A stretch of 64,000 nucleotides of DNA from Spirochaetia bacterium (GCA_965203055.1 OZ241863.1:640001-704000), one strand, 5' to 3'; shown: positions 9,497 through 19,760, counted from the first letter of the stretch. Program-made: numbers and translations. The notes: a model not told the origin generated them from the sequence alone.

Positions 9497-9895
9497 TTGC
9501 AGGGTAGCGGCAGAGAGTCGCTATGGAGCGTATCCGCCAAGCGGTTACCGTACTATCTTCTAATCTTTGCCGTGGTGATGATGGTGTCCTTGGTTGCGTC
9601 CATTGCAACAGCGACCGGGAAATTCTGGGATGCCGTCATGACAACGGCATCCGGGATAGCAGCGGTTGGAGCAGCGACGGGCGGAGTGTTGATTGCGGTA
9701 GAGGGTACTGTTGTGGGACTCACTCAATTGATCTTCGATAAGGCAAGGAAACAAGCACGGCAGGAGGGCCTCCAGGAGGGCATCCGGGAGGGCATCCGGG
9801 AGGGCATCCGGCAGGAGCGAAATCGGCTGCGCAAAGCCGGTGTAGACATTCCCCGGGACGAGACTCCCAACGAAAATCGAGAAGATCAGCCGTAA
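9497..9895 (+). CDS. Small two-TM membrane protein with C-terminal (E/Q)EG(L/I)R repeats
   Basis: Two hydrophobic segments then QEGLQEGIREGIREGIRQE; lower GC than flanks; start uncertain. Confidence 0.6.
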   Translation: MQGSGRESLWSVSAKRLPYYLLIFAVVMMVSLVASIATATGKFWDAVMTTASGIAAVGAATGGVLIAVEGTVVGLTQLIFDKARKQARQEGLQEGIREGIREGIRQERNRLRKAGVDIPRDETPNENREDQP

Positions 9896-9943
9896 CCTCC
9901 GAGAATGTTGCGCCGGCGGAGCGCGCGAGAGACCAGGCTGCGG

Positions 9944-10531
9944 TCAGTTCAACTCATCCAGGGCGAGGGCGAAGCTGTGTACGAACTGCTGCATGAAATA
10001 GTCCACTTCCGGTAGCCCCAGGCTGGTTATTTCCTGTCCGATGCTGTCCTTCGCCTTGGAGAATTCCTGGTTCCCCGCCTTGAGTTCTTCCAGACACTTG
10101 GTATAGGCGCTGATCTTGTCCGCCGCCTTTACCAGCTCCCAGCCGGCGGCCTCGGTCTCTTCCGGGAACAGGATCGAACGATAGTCCTGTTTCAGGTCTG
10201 CCGGAATCATGGCCCACAACTTGCGGCGCGCGACCTGTTCGATCTCGGAGTACGCGCCGCTGATCTCCGGATTGAAGTACTTCAACGGGCTCGGAAGGTC
10301 ACCGGTGATCACCTCGCTGACCTCGTGAAACACCGCCAGGACCATTACCCGCTCCGGATCGAGGCCGCCGGCGAACAGGCGGTTGCGGATCAGCGCCAGA
10401 GCATGCGCGATCATCGCCACCTGCAGGCTATGCTCCTGGATGTTCTCGACCTGGGTATTGCGCATCAAGCCCCAGCGATGAATGAACTTCATTCGCGCCA
10501 GGTAGGCAAAGAAGTGGCTGCCCGTGCGCAT
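9944..10531 (-). CDS. yfbR: 5'-deoxynucleotidase (HD domain)
   Basis: SHFFAYLARMKFIHRWGLMRN, EHSLQVA, TGDLPSPLKY, KCLEELKAGNQEF. Confidence 0.9.
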   Translation of the reverse strand: MRTGSHFFAYLARMKFIHRWGLMRNTQVENIQEHSLQVAMIAHALALIRNRLFAGGLDPERVMVLAVFHEVSEVITGDLPSPLKYFNPEISGAYSEIEQVARRKLWAMIPADLKQDYRSILFPEETEAAGWELVKAADKISAYTKCLEELKAGNQEFSKAKDSIGQEITSLGLPEVDYFMQQFVHSFALALDELN

Positions 10532-10550
10532 GCCGATACGCCTCCTGAGG

Positions 10551-12272
10551 TCAGGCGCTCGCGCCGGACCGCCGCGGGGCGGCGGCGCCGTACACTTCGC
10601 GGGCGCGTTCCCCGCTGACCAGTCCCTCGGCAACGTCGTGCCGTACCGCCGCGGCCGCTCGCTGCCGCGGGTCGCCCCAACCACCGCCGCCGGGGGTCTG
10701 CACGCGGAACAGCTCCCCCTTGCCCAGTTCCACCACCACCTTGGTCGGCACCTCGCGCACGCTGCCGTCGGCCGCGGTGACGTAGGCGTGCGCCCCCGCG
10801 GCGCGGCGGCCGCCCGCCAGCCCCCAGGGCGTGAAGCGGCGGCGGTCGGACCCCATGCTGACCACGGTGCGCTCCGCCAGGCAGCGCAGCTCGCGCATCA
10901 TGCCGCAGCCGCCGCGGTACTGCCCCGCTCCCTCGGTGTCGGGCAGCAGGCCGTAGCGAACCACCTCCAGCGGATAGGTGCTCTCGATCACCTCCACCGC
11001 GGCGTTGCGGGTGTTGGTGAGATGGGTGTGCACGCCGTCGCCGCCGTCGAGGTCGTGGGAGGCGCCCTGGCCGCCGGCGTAGGTCTCCACGTAGTTGTAG
11101 TAGACCCCCTCGCCCGGCCCCGGACGGGTATCGATGCCGCCGATGTTGATCAGGTTCATCTCGCCGCTGCAGGCCGCGCACACTCGTTCCGGGACGCACC
11201 GGGCAAGGGCGCCGAGCAGCACGTCCACCACCCGCTGATCGGTGAGGATGTTCGCCTGGCCGATGGCCGCCGGGTAGGCCGCCTGCAGGATGCTGCCCTC
11301 CGGGGCGTAGACGTGGATCGGACGGTAGGAACCGGCGCAGGTCGGCAGGTCGGGGTCGATCACCGCCTTGCAGGTGTAGTAGACCGCGGCCTGCGCAGCG
11401 CTGATGCGGGCGTTGAGCGGACCGAGCACCTGCCGGCTGCTGCCGGTGAAGTCGGCGGTCAGCTCGTCGCCGTCGATGCGGACCGCGGCGGCGATCTTGA
11501 CCGGTTCGTCGGTTACGCCGTCGTCGTCCAGAAAATCCTCGAAGCGGTAGGTGCCGTCAGGCAGTTGCGCGATGCCGGCGCGCATGCAGCGCTCGGCATG
11601 GTCGAGGATCTCCGTCATGTAGCGCGTCAGCTCCGCGGCGCCGCTGCCGGCGAGAAGCTCCGCCACGCGCTGCTCGGCCTTCCTGGCTACCGCGTATTGG
11701 GCCATGAGGTCGCCCCGCACCTCGTATTCGGTGCGCACGTTCTGCTCGATGAGGCGCAGCAGGTCGTCGTCGAAGCGGCCCTGCCGCACCAGCGGCACGG
11801 GGGGGATCTGCAGCCCCTCCTGGTAGATCTCGGTCACGCCGAACGGCATGCTGCCCGGCGCGTAGCCGCCCATGTCGACGTGGTGGGCGGTGGAAGCAGC
11901 CAGCGCCAGCGGCCGCCCGTCGTGAAAGATCGGGGACACCAGCGACAGGTCGGGCAGATGGCCGGGGCCCTCCGGGTAGGGCAGGTTGGTGGCGTAGACG
12001 TCCCCCGGCTGCATCTGCGCAACCGGGTAGCGCGCCAGAATGGCGCGGATCACGCCCGGCATCACGCCCAGGTGCAGCGGCGTGCCCACTTCCGCCTGGG
12101 CCACGATCTCGCCGTTTGGCAGCGCCAGCGCCGCCGAGCAGTCGCGGCGGTCCTTGATGTTGGTCGAATGGCTGGCGCGCACCAGCGCCGCGCAGCACTC
12201 CTCGGCGATACCCTTCCAGCGGTTGCGCATGATCTCCAGGGTGACCGGGTCGATCGGGCGCGGTGCGCTCAT
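10551..12272 (-). CDS. Hydantoinase B / oxoprolinase family protein
   Basis: IDPVTLEI, NIKDRRDCS, HHVDMGG..PGSM, EIYQEGLQIPP, TPGGGGWGDP. Confidence 0.92.
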   Translation of the reverse strand: MSAPRPIDPVTLEIMRNRWKGIAEECCAALVRASHSTNIKDRRDCSAALALPNGEIVAQAEVGTPLHLGVMPGVIRAILARYPVAQMQPGDVYATNLPYPEGPGHLPDLSLVSPIFHDGRPLALAASTAHHVDMGGYAPGSMPFGVTEIYQEGLQIPPVPLVRQGRFDDDLLRLIEQNVRTEYEVRGDLMAQYAVARKAEQRVAELLAGSGAAELTRYMTEILDHAERCMRAGIAQLPDGTYRFEDFLDDDGVTDEPVKIAAAVRIDGDELTADFTGSSRQVLGPLNARISAAQAAVYYTCKAVIDPDLPTCAGSYRPIHVYAPEGSILQAAYPAAIGQANILTDQRVVDVLLGALARCVPERVCAACSGEMNLINIGGIDTRPGPGEGVYYNYVETYAGGQGASHDLDGGDGVHTHLTNTRNAAVEVIESTYPLEVVRYGLLPDTEGAGQYRGGCGMMRELRCLAERTVVSMGSDRRRFTPWGLAGGRRAAGAHAYVTAADGSVREVPTKVVVELGKGELFRVQTPGGGGWGDPRQRAAAAVRHDVAEGLVSGERAREVYGAAAPRRSGASA

Positions 12273-14314
12273 GAGGCGGCCTCCAGAGAATCGAGCAGGA
12301 GCTGCCCGTAGCGATCCACCGCCAGGCGCTGCCCGGGCCACAGCGCGGTAGTGGCGTCGAGCTGCTCGATGATCGCCGGGCCGGTGAGCGCCGCGCCGGC
12401 GGCCAGCGCGTCGCGCCGGAAGATCGGCGTCTCGCAGGCGCGGCCCGCGAAGTGCACCCGGCGCACCGCGGTCGGCTCGGGAGCGCCGCGGGCGTCCGGC
12501 GCCCGCGGCAGGCGCAGCGGCTGCAGGTCGACTTCGGCCGCCACCCAGAGGCTGCGCACCTCGACCGGGTGTTCGGCGCGCGCGTAGCCGTAGGTGCGCT
12601 CGTGTTCGGCGTGGAACCGCTCGGCCAGGCGTTTCGGCTCCGGCGGTCCCGGCTCCACCGCGACCGGCAACTCGTAGCGCTGGCCCAGATAGCGCTGGCC
12701 GAGGGAGCGGGTCAGGCGCAGGCGGCCCGCGCCGTTCGCCGGGCGCCGCAGCCGGGCGCGGGCGGCCTCCTCCAGCTCCGCGAACAGCCGTTCCAGTTCG
12801 GGCGCGGTGGTGCGGTCCAGGCGCCGCACGAAGGTGGCGATGCGGTCTTCGCGCAGGTTGGTCATCAGCAGGCCAAGCGCGGAGTTCACTCCGGGCGCCC
12901 GCGGTACGACGGTGCGCCCGATGCCGAGCTCGGCCGCCAGCTCGGCGCCGTGCAGCGGGCCGGCGCCGCCGAACGGGCAGAGCGCGAACTCGCGCGGGTC
13001 GTGGCCGCGTTCCACCGTCAGCTTGCGGATGGCTGCAGTCATCGCCGCGTTGACCACCCGGATCATCCCCTCCGCGGCGGCCTCGACCGTGATCCGCAGC
13101 GGGTGCGCGAGGCGGTCGTGGAGCGCGCGCCGCGCCGCCTCCGGATCCACCGCCATGCCGCCGCCAAGCAGCGACTCCGCGCCCAGCCGCCCCAACACCA
13201 GGTTGGCGTCGGTCACGGTCGGCTCCGCGCCCCCCAGCCCGTAGCAGGCCGGTCCCGGCCGGGCGCCCGCCGAATGCGGGCCGACGCGCAGCGCGCCGCC
13301 GGCGTCGATCCAGCCGATGCTGCCGCCGCCGGCGCCCACCGAGTGGAGGTCCAGCATCGGCACGCTGATGGCCAGACCGCCCATTTCGGTGTCGCGGGCG
13401 AACCCGGCGGCGCCGTCCCGCACCACGCCGACGTCGAAGCTGGTGCCGCCCATGTCCGCGGTGATCAGGTTGCGGCAACCCGCGTCCGAGCGGGCAATCG
13501 CCGCGCCGGCCACGATGCCGCCGGCCGGGCCGGACATCACGGTCTCCACGGCGCGGCGGGCGGCGGCGGCGGCCGACATCACCCCGCCGCTGGACTTCAT
13601 GATGAACAGCGGCGCGGCGACGGCGCGCGCGGCGAGGCCCTGCTGCAGCCGGTCCAGGTAGCGCCCGATCACCGGTTGCACGTAGGCGTTCATCGCGCAG
13701 GTGCTGAAGCGCTCATACTCGCCCTGCTCGCCGGCCAGCTCATGCGACAGGCACACCGCCGCGCCCGGCAGGCGCTCGGCCAACGCCCGGCCCACCGCCA
13801 GCTCGTGCGCCGGGTTGGCGTAGCTGTGCAGCAGACCGACGGCGACCGCCTCGACCCGTTCCCGGCGCAGCGCGTCGATCAGGCGGTCGAGCTGCGCGCG
13901 GTCGAGCGGCGTCTGCGCGCTGCCGTCGAAGCGCATGCGCTCGCGCAGCTCGAAGCGCAGCGCGCGCGGCACCAGCGGCGGGGGGCGCCGGGCGCGCAGA
14001 TCGTAGAGCCGCGGGCGGTCCTGGCGTTGGATCTGCAGCACGTCGCGGAAGCCGGCGGTGGTAATCAGCGCCACGCGCGCGCCGGCGCGCTGCAGCACGG
14101 CGTTGGTTGCCACCGTGGTGCCGTGGACCAGCAGCTCGATCTCCTCGGCGCGGGCGCCGATGCGGCCGACCAGCTCGCGGATGCCGCGCATGATGCCGCG
14201 CGCCGGATCGTCCGGCGTGGAGACCACCTTGTGGAACGCCAGCCGCCCGCTTGCGGGAGCGAACGCCGCCAGATCGGTAAACGTGCCCCCGGTGTCGATG
14301 CCGATCCGGATCAT
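12269..14314 (-). CDS. Hydantoinase A / oxoprolinase family protein
   Basis: IGIDTGGTFTD, HGTTVATN, SGPAGG, DMGGTSFD, GAGGGS, GGAGPLH. Confidence 0.93.
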   Translation of the reverse strand: MIRIGIDTGGTFTDLAAFAPASGRLAFHKVVSTPDDPARGIMRGIRELVGRIGARAEEIELLVHGTTVATNAVLQRAGARVALITTAGFRDVLQIQRQDRPRLYDLRARRPPPLVPRALRFELRERMRFDGSAQTPLDRAQLDRLIDALRRERVEAVAVGLLHSYANPAHELAVGRALAERLPGAAVCLSHELAGEQGEYERFSTCAMNAYVQPVIGRYLDRLQQGLAARAVAAPLFIMKSSGGVMSAAAAARRAVETVMSGPAGGIVAGAAIARSDAGCRNLITADMGGTSFDVGVVRDGAAGFARDTEMGGLAISVPMLDLHSVGAGGGSIGWIDAGGALRVGPHSAGARPGPACYGLGGAEPTVTDANLVLGRLGAESLLGGGMAVDPEAARRALHDRLAHPLRITVEAAAEGMIRVVNAAMTAAIRKLTVERGHDPREFALCPFGGAGPLHGAELAAELGIGRTVVPRAPGVNSALGLLMTNLREDRIATFVRRLDRTTAPELERLFAELEEAARARLRRPANGAGRLRLTRSLGQRYLGQRYELPVAVEPGPPEPKRLAERFHAEHERTYGYARAEHPVEVRSLWVAAEVDLQPLRLPRAPDARGAPEPTAVRRVHFAGRACETPIFRRDALAAGAALTGPAIIEQLDATTALWPGQRLAVDRYGQLLLDSLEAAS

Positions 14315-14531
14315 GCGGCCGCGAGTCTATATCCGGGCGCGGACAACGCCAAGCCGCAGGCCGGCTGCCGCCTGCGGGGGTAGGGGACCTCGACCGTTGG
14401 GGGGGCGCGGCCGGCGCCGGGCGCGCCGGTCGATCAATGGTATGCTCCGCGGCACACCGCATGAGGCGCAACCTGCACCAACCGAACGGCGCTCCCGCGC
14501 AGGCCGCCCGCCGGCGGCCGGAAGCGCCCTG

Positions 14532-16253
14532 GTGATAGACGCGCTCATCGGCTGGATCGGCGAGCTGGCGGCATCCATTCGAGAACGCTACGCGGTCGAT
14601 CCCTACGTGTTTCTGGTGCTGTCGGTGGTCTGCGCCCCGCCGTTCTACTACGCGCTGTATCGGCTGGCGCGCGCGCTGCGCAACGACCGCCGCGCGGTGG
14701 CGCGCTGGAGCCTGCTCTTTCTGGCGGCCACCGTCATCCCGTACCTGTACGTGCTGGTGTTCGGGCGCAACCTTCCGTGGTGGGTGTACGGCGTGCTGGC
14801 GGGCGCGGTCGGGATGAGCGTCCAGCAGCTCGCCGGCAAGCTGCGGGCCGGCCGCAGCCGATCCACGCCCGACCAACCGTCCCCCGGAAAGCCGTCGTCC
14901 GAACGCTCGGTGGCGACCAGGATATCGGGCGCCGCGCTGTCGATCGGCGCCATCACCGTCGTCATCAAGCTGGTATCTCTGGGCTCTACGATACTCGTTG
15001 CGTCGTTCTTCGGTACGAGTGACGACATGGACGCCTATCTCATCGCGTTCCTGATTCCGCAACTGTGCATCACCGTGATCTGCGGGGCGTTCAGCTCCGC
15101 GTTGATACCGACCTACGTCCAGGTACGGCAACAGCACGGCAACGGCCAGGCGCAGGAGCTGTTCTCGAGGGTGATGTTCTTCGCCGCGGCGTTGCTGCTG
15201 GCGGTCGCCGCGTGCTTCGCGCTCCTGCTGCCGTATGCGCTGCCGCTGCTCGCGTCGAATTTTCATGCGGACAAGCTGGCGCTGGCCAAGCTCCTTTCCT
15301 ATTTTTTGATACCGGCAATCGTCATCAAGGGAGTTTCAGTCATCTACGGATCGGTCCTCAATGCCGACGAACGGTTCTCCCTGGTCGCCGCGGCGCCGGC
15401 GCTGGTACCGCTGTCGACGATCGCGTTCCTGCTGCTGTGGCCGGCGCCGGCGACGCGCATCTACGCCATGGCGATCGGTGCGAGCGCAGGGATGTTCGGC
15501 GAGCTGGTGGTGCTGGGCGCGGCGCTGAAGTGGCGCGGCATGGCCTTGCTCCCGCGCCGGCGCAGGAGCAGCGCCGCAAGTCGCCAGGTGGTCGCTCAGT
15601 ACGTACCGATGGCCGCGGGGGCGCTGATGATGAGCGCCACCACCGTGGTCGATCGGGCGATGGCGGCGGCGCTGCCGGCGGGAAGCGTGGCGTCGCTCGG
15701 TTACGGCGAACGCTTCGTGAGCGTAATTCTGCAAGTGGTATCGGGGGCGATCGCGACCGCCGTACTGCCGTTCTTCTCCAAGCTCTCGGATGACCGCAAT
15801 TGGACCGAACTGCGCTCGGTCCTCCGCCTGTACAGCAAGTGGATACTGCTTTCGACAGCCGTCGTCGCAGTGTCTTTGGTGGTCTTGTCCGAGGCGTTGA
15901 TTGGCTTCGTTCTGGAACGAGGTACGTTCAGCGGAGGCGACACCGTGCTGGTCGGACGAATCCAGGCGGTCTACGCATTGCAGATTCCGTTCTACGTGTG
16001 CGGGATGATGTTCGTGCGGGTGATTTCGTCGTTGAAGGCCAATCAGATTCTGTTGGTGGGATCGTTCCTGAATCTGACCATCAACGTCGCCTTGAACTAT
16101 CTCTTCATGAGGATCTGGGGCGTAGTGGGAATAGCGTTATCGACCGTATGCGTATATCTGTTTTCATGCGCGTTCGTCATGCTCATGGGGTATCGGATAC
16201 TGCATCGGACGCAACGCGGCAGCTTGCCTGAGCCCGCCGCGCCCCGGCGATGA
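14532..16253 (+). CDS. MurJ/MviN-like MOP flippase with extra N-terminal membrane domain
   Basis: FFGTSDDMDAYLIAF, VVDRAMAA.L..GSVASLGY, LERGTFS; start uncertain. Confidence 0.75.
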   Translation: MIDALIGWIGELAASIRERYAVDPYVFLVLSVVCAPPFYYALYRLARALRNDRRAVARWSLLFLAATVIPYLYVLVFGRNLPWWVYGVLAGAVGMSVQQLAGKLRAGRSRSTPDQPSPGKPSSERSVATRISGAALSIGAITVVIKLVSLGSTILVASFFGTSDDMDAYLIAFLIPQLCITVICGAFSSALIPTYVQVRQQHGNGQAQELFSRVMFFAAALLLAVAACFALLLPYALPLLASNFHADKLALAKLLSYFLIPAIVIKGVSVIYGSVLNADERFSLVAAAPALVPLSTIAFLLLWPAPATRIYAMAIGASAGMFGELVVLGAALKWRGMALLPRRRRSSAASRQVVAQYVPMAAGALMMSATTVVDRAMAAALPAGSVASLGYGERFVSVILQVVSGAIATAVLPFFSKLSDDRNWTELRSVLRLYSKWILLSTAVVAVSLVVLSEALIGFVLERGTFSGGDTVLVGRIQAVYALQIPFYVCGMMFVRVISSLKANQILLVGSFLNLTINVALNYLFMRIWGVVGIALSTVCVYLFSCAFVMLMGYRILHRTQRGSLPEPAAPRR

Positions 16254-19200
16254 CGACCCTGTCAGCGGACCTGCGCCGGCGGCTGGAGCGCACCGTCATG
16301 CAAGCGCGCGACGTCGCCGAGACCGGCGCCCGGACGGCGCTGGAGGCGCTCGCCGTTGCCGAAGCCCAGCCCTACGAGCACATGGACGGCGCGCAGCGCG
16401 CCCTGCGCCTGCGGCTGCGCGCCCACGCCCGGCAGCTCGGCGACCGGCTCGGCGCCGATCCGGGAGCGCAGTCGATCGATCACGTGGTCTACGAGTGCGC
16501 CTTTGAGCACTGGCACGGCATGCTGTTCGCCCGCTTCCTGGCCGAGAACCACCTGCTGATCGAGCCGGAACTGGGCATCGCGGTCACCCTGGCGGAATGC
16601 GCGGAACTGGCGCAGGAGGAGGACGCCGACCAATGGACGCTGGCCGCGCGCTTCGCCCAGCGCATGCTGCCGCAGGTGTTCCGGCCTGACCACCCGGCCT
16701 GCGCGGTTCGCCTCGCCCGCGAACACCGGCTGGCGTTGGAGCGGTTGGTCGAGAGCCTGCCGGCCGAGGTGTTCGCGGCAGACGACTCGCTCGGCTGGGT
16801 TTATCAGTTCTGGCAGTCAGGCCGCAAGGCCGAGGTGAACCGCTCCGAGGTCAAGATCGGCGCGAAAGAGATGCCCGCAGTGACGCAACTGTTCACCGAG
16901 CCCTACATGGTGAGCTTCCTGCTGGACAACTCCCTGGGGGCGTGGTGGGCGGCGCGCCGCCTGCCCGACCTGAACGAGGCCGCGCTGACCGACGCCGGCA
17001 CGGAATCGGAACTGCGCCGAGCGGTGGCGCTGCCCGGGGTGCCGCTCGACTATCTGCGCTTCGTGCGCCACGACGAAGGAGAAGGAACCGGGCCTGCGCG
17101 GTGGCGTCCCGCAGCCGGCGCGTTCGACGGCTGGCCGGAGCAGCTCGGCGAGCTGAAGGTCCTGGACCCCTGCTGCGGTTCGGGTCACTTCCTGGTCGCC
17201 GCCCTGGCGATGCTGGTGCCGATGCGCATGGAGAGCGAGGGGCTGACCGAGCGCGCGGCCGTGGACGCGGTGCTGCGCGACAACCTGCACGGCCTGGAAC
17301 TGGACCCGCGCTGCGTGGAGCTGGCCGCGTTCGCCCTGGCGCTGGCCGCTTGGCGCTGGCCCGGCGCCGGCGGCTATCGGCCGCTGCCGACGCTGAACGT
17401 GGCCTGCTCCGGGCTCGCGCCCAACGCGGCCAAGGAGGAGTGGATCACGTTGGCGGAGCAGGCCGCCGGCGGCGATACCCGGCTTTCGGAGCAGCTTCGC
17501 GGCAGCCTGGACGCGCTGCACGATCTGTTTCGGCAGGCGCCGCTGCTGGGCTCGCTGATCGACCCGCGGACGCTGAAGCGGGAGCTGTTTCAGGGTGACT
17601 ACGAGTCGGTGCAGGCGCTGTTCGCCGCCGCGGCCGCATCGGAGCGCGCCACCTTCGAGCAGACCGAGCGCGCGGTAGCGGCGCAGGGAATCGCGCGCGC
17701 CGCCGAGTTGCTGGCCGGCCGCTATCACCTCGTGATCACCAACGTTCCCTACCTCACGCGCCGCAAGCAGAACGAAGATCTGCGCGCCTTCTGCGAAGCC
17801 CGCTACCCGGCCGCTAAGAACGATCTGGCCACCGTATACCTGGAACGTGCCTTGAGCCTGTGCGAAGAAGACGGAACTGCCAGCTTGGTGCTGCCGCAGA
17901 ACTGGCTGTTTCTCACTAGCTACCGGAAGCTCCGAACGAGGTTGTTGAAGACGGAGACGTGGCAGTTGCTGGCGCGCCTCGGTACAAGGTCTTTTCGGAC
18001 TCCGATGTACGATTTCAACATTCAGTTGATAACCATCACTAAGGGGCAAGGTGCCGAGGGAACCGACCTGACGTATAGCCTTGATGTTTCCGCTTTCCAC
18101 ACTGATGTCGAGAAGTCGGCACGGTTGTCGGTGGTTACGGTAACCGGGGCTCCGCAGCAGGAATACCTTGCGAATCCAAAGGCAGTCATTTCGTCTGGCC
18201 GTCCTCCGGCAGGCGGAATGCGGTTGGCAGACGTCGCTGACTTCGGCAAGGGCAGTACTACCGGTGACGCTCCGAGATTCCTGTCCTGCTTCTGGGAGTT
18301 TCCGGAAGTCGCGTCCCATCACGTCTTGTGGCTCAACTCGCCAAGTGAGCATGCATGGTCCGGAAGGACGCAGATTTGCAAGGTGCCATTGAACCACGAC
18401 GACCTGAGCGTCCAGCGAGGTTGCTGGATACGGGGACAGGGTGTCTTTGGCCGCGCCGGAGTCGCAGTCAACAAGATGCAGCGGCTGGAACCGTTTCTCT
18501 ACGCCGGGGAAGTGTTCGATGACAACGTATGCCCGATCGCGCCGAAAGATGCCGGTCTGATCCCGGCCGTATGGTCATACGTCCAATCGGCCCACTATCA
18601 CGACGACGTACGGTCCGTTGACCAGGCGCTGAAGGTTACGGCCGGAACGCTGACGGCCGTTCCCTTCGACCCGGACCACTGGACCGAGGTCGCTGCCGAA
18701 CAATATCCCAACGGCCTCCCGCTCCCCTACACCGACGACCCCACGCAATGGATATTCCACGGCCATCCGTGCGGGTCGGTCGTCTGGGACGAAACTATCA
18801 AGCGCACCGCCAACGGACCGTTCCGACAGGATGCCGGCGTGCTGCAGGTCGCCGTCGCCCGTCTGCTCGGCTACCGCTGGCCGGCGGAACGGGACGATGC
18901 CATGGAACTGGCCGCCGAACAGCGCGCCTGGGTCCGCCGCTGCGCCGCGCTGCACCACTTCGCCGACCAGGACGGCATCGTCTGCCTGCCGGCGGTGCGC
19001 GGCGAACTGCCCGCTGCCGACCGCCTGCTGCGCCTGCTGGCCGCCGCCTTCGGCGAAGCGTGGAGCGACGCTACCCTCCCGCGCCTGCTCGCCGCTGCCG
19101 GCAGCCCCAGCCTCGACGACTGGCTGCGCAACCGCTTCTTCGAGCAGCACTGCAAGCGTTTTCATCACCGCCCGTTCATCTGGCACGTCTGGGACGGCCG

Positions 19201-19750
19201 CCGCGACGGCTTTCACGCCCTGGTCAACTACCACAAGCTGGCAGCCGGGGGACGGCAAGGCCGGCAGCTCCTCGAATCCCTCACCTACAGCTACCTGGGC
19301 GACTGGATCACCCGCCGGAAAGACGGCGTGGAACGCGGCGCCGCCGGCGCCGAGGAGCGGCTTGCCGCCGCCTTTGCACTGCAGCGGCGCCTCGCCGCGA
19401 TCCTCGACGGCGAACCGCCGTTCGACCTGTTCATCCGCTGGAAGCCGCTCGCCGAACAGCCGCTCGGCTGGCACCCCGACGTCAACGACGGCGTGCGGCT
19501 CAACATCCGTCCCTTCATGGCCGCCGATCTCGCCGGCGGCAAGAAGGGCGCCGGCATCCTGCGCGCCAAGCCGAACGTCCACTGGCGCAAGGACCGCGGC
19601 AAGGAACCCCGCGCCCTGGCCGACGCCTGCGAGCTGCGCCCCAAGGAGGACTACCCGTGGTTCTGGCGCGGCGACCAGTTCACCGGCGACCGGGTAAACG
19701 ACCTCCATCTGACCCGCGCCGCAAAATCAGAGCATCGTCGTCAGATTTAG
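16250..19750 (+). CDS. PglX-like (BREX/Type IIG) adenine DNA methyltransferase
   Basis: LGWVYQFW, TQLFTEPYMV..LLDNSLG, motif I LDPCCGSGHF, motif IV variant NVPY, C-terminal RPFIWH and DVNDGVRLNIRP. Confidence 0.85.
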   Translation: MTTLSADLRRRLERTVMQARDVAETGARTALEALAVAEAQPYEHMDGAQRALRLRLRAHARQLGDRLGADPGAQSIDHVVYECAFEHWHGMLFARFLAENHLLIEPELGIAVTLAECAELAQEEDADQWTLAARFAQRMLPQVFRPDHPACAVRLAREHRLALERLVESLPAEVFAADDSLGWVYQFWQSGRKAEVNRSEVKIGAKEMPAVTQLFTEPYMVSFLLDNSLGAWWAARRLPDLNEAALTDAGTESELRRAVALPGVPLDYLRFVRHDEGEGTGPARWRPAAGAFDGWPEQLGELKVLDPCCGSGHFLVAALAMLVPMRMESEGLTERAAVDAVLRDNLHGLELDPRCVELAAFALALAAWRWPGAGGYRPLPTLNVACSGLAPNAAKEEWITLAEQAAGGDTRLSEQLRGSLDALHDLFRQAPLLGSLIDPRTLKRELFQGDYESVQALFAAAAASERATFEQTERAVAAQGIARAAELLAGRYHLVITNVPYLTRRKQNEDLRAFCEARYPAAKNDLATVYLERALSLCEEDGTASLVLPQNWLFLTSYRKLRTRLLKTETWQLLARLGTRSFRTPMYDFNIQLITITKGQGAEGTDLTYSLDVSAFHTDVEKSARLSVVTVTGAPQQEYLANPKAVISSGRPPAGGMRLADVADFGKGSTTGDAPRFLSCFWEFPEVASHHVLWLNSPSEHAWSGRTQICKVPLNHDDLSVQRGCWIRGQGVFGRAGVAVNKMQRLEPFLYAGEVFDDNVCPIAPKDAGLIPAVWSYVQSAHYHDDVRSVDQALKVTAGTLTAVPFDPDHWTEVAAEQYPNGLPLPYTDDPTQWIFHGHPCGSVVWDETIKRTANGPFRQDAGVLQVAVARLLGYRWPAERDDAMELAAEQRAWVRRCAALHHFADQDGIVCLPAVRGELPAADRLLRLLAAAFGEAWSDATLPRLLAAAGSPSLDDWLRNRFFEQHCKRFHHRPFIWHVWDGRRDGFHALVNYHKLAAGGRQGRQLLESLTYSYLGDWITRRKDGVERGAAGAEERLAAAFALQRRLAAILDGEPPFDLFIRWKPLAEQPLGWHPDVNDGVRLNIRPFMAADLAGGKKGAGILRAKPNVHWRKDRGKEPRALADACELRPKEDYPWFWRGDQFTGDRVNDLHLTRAAKSEHRRQI

Positions 19751-19760
19751 TGGAGTTGAG

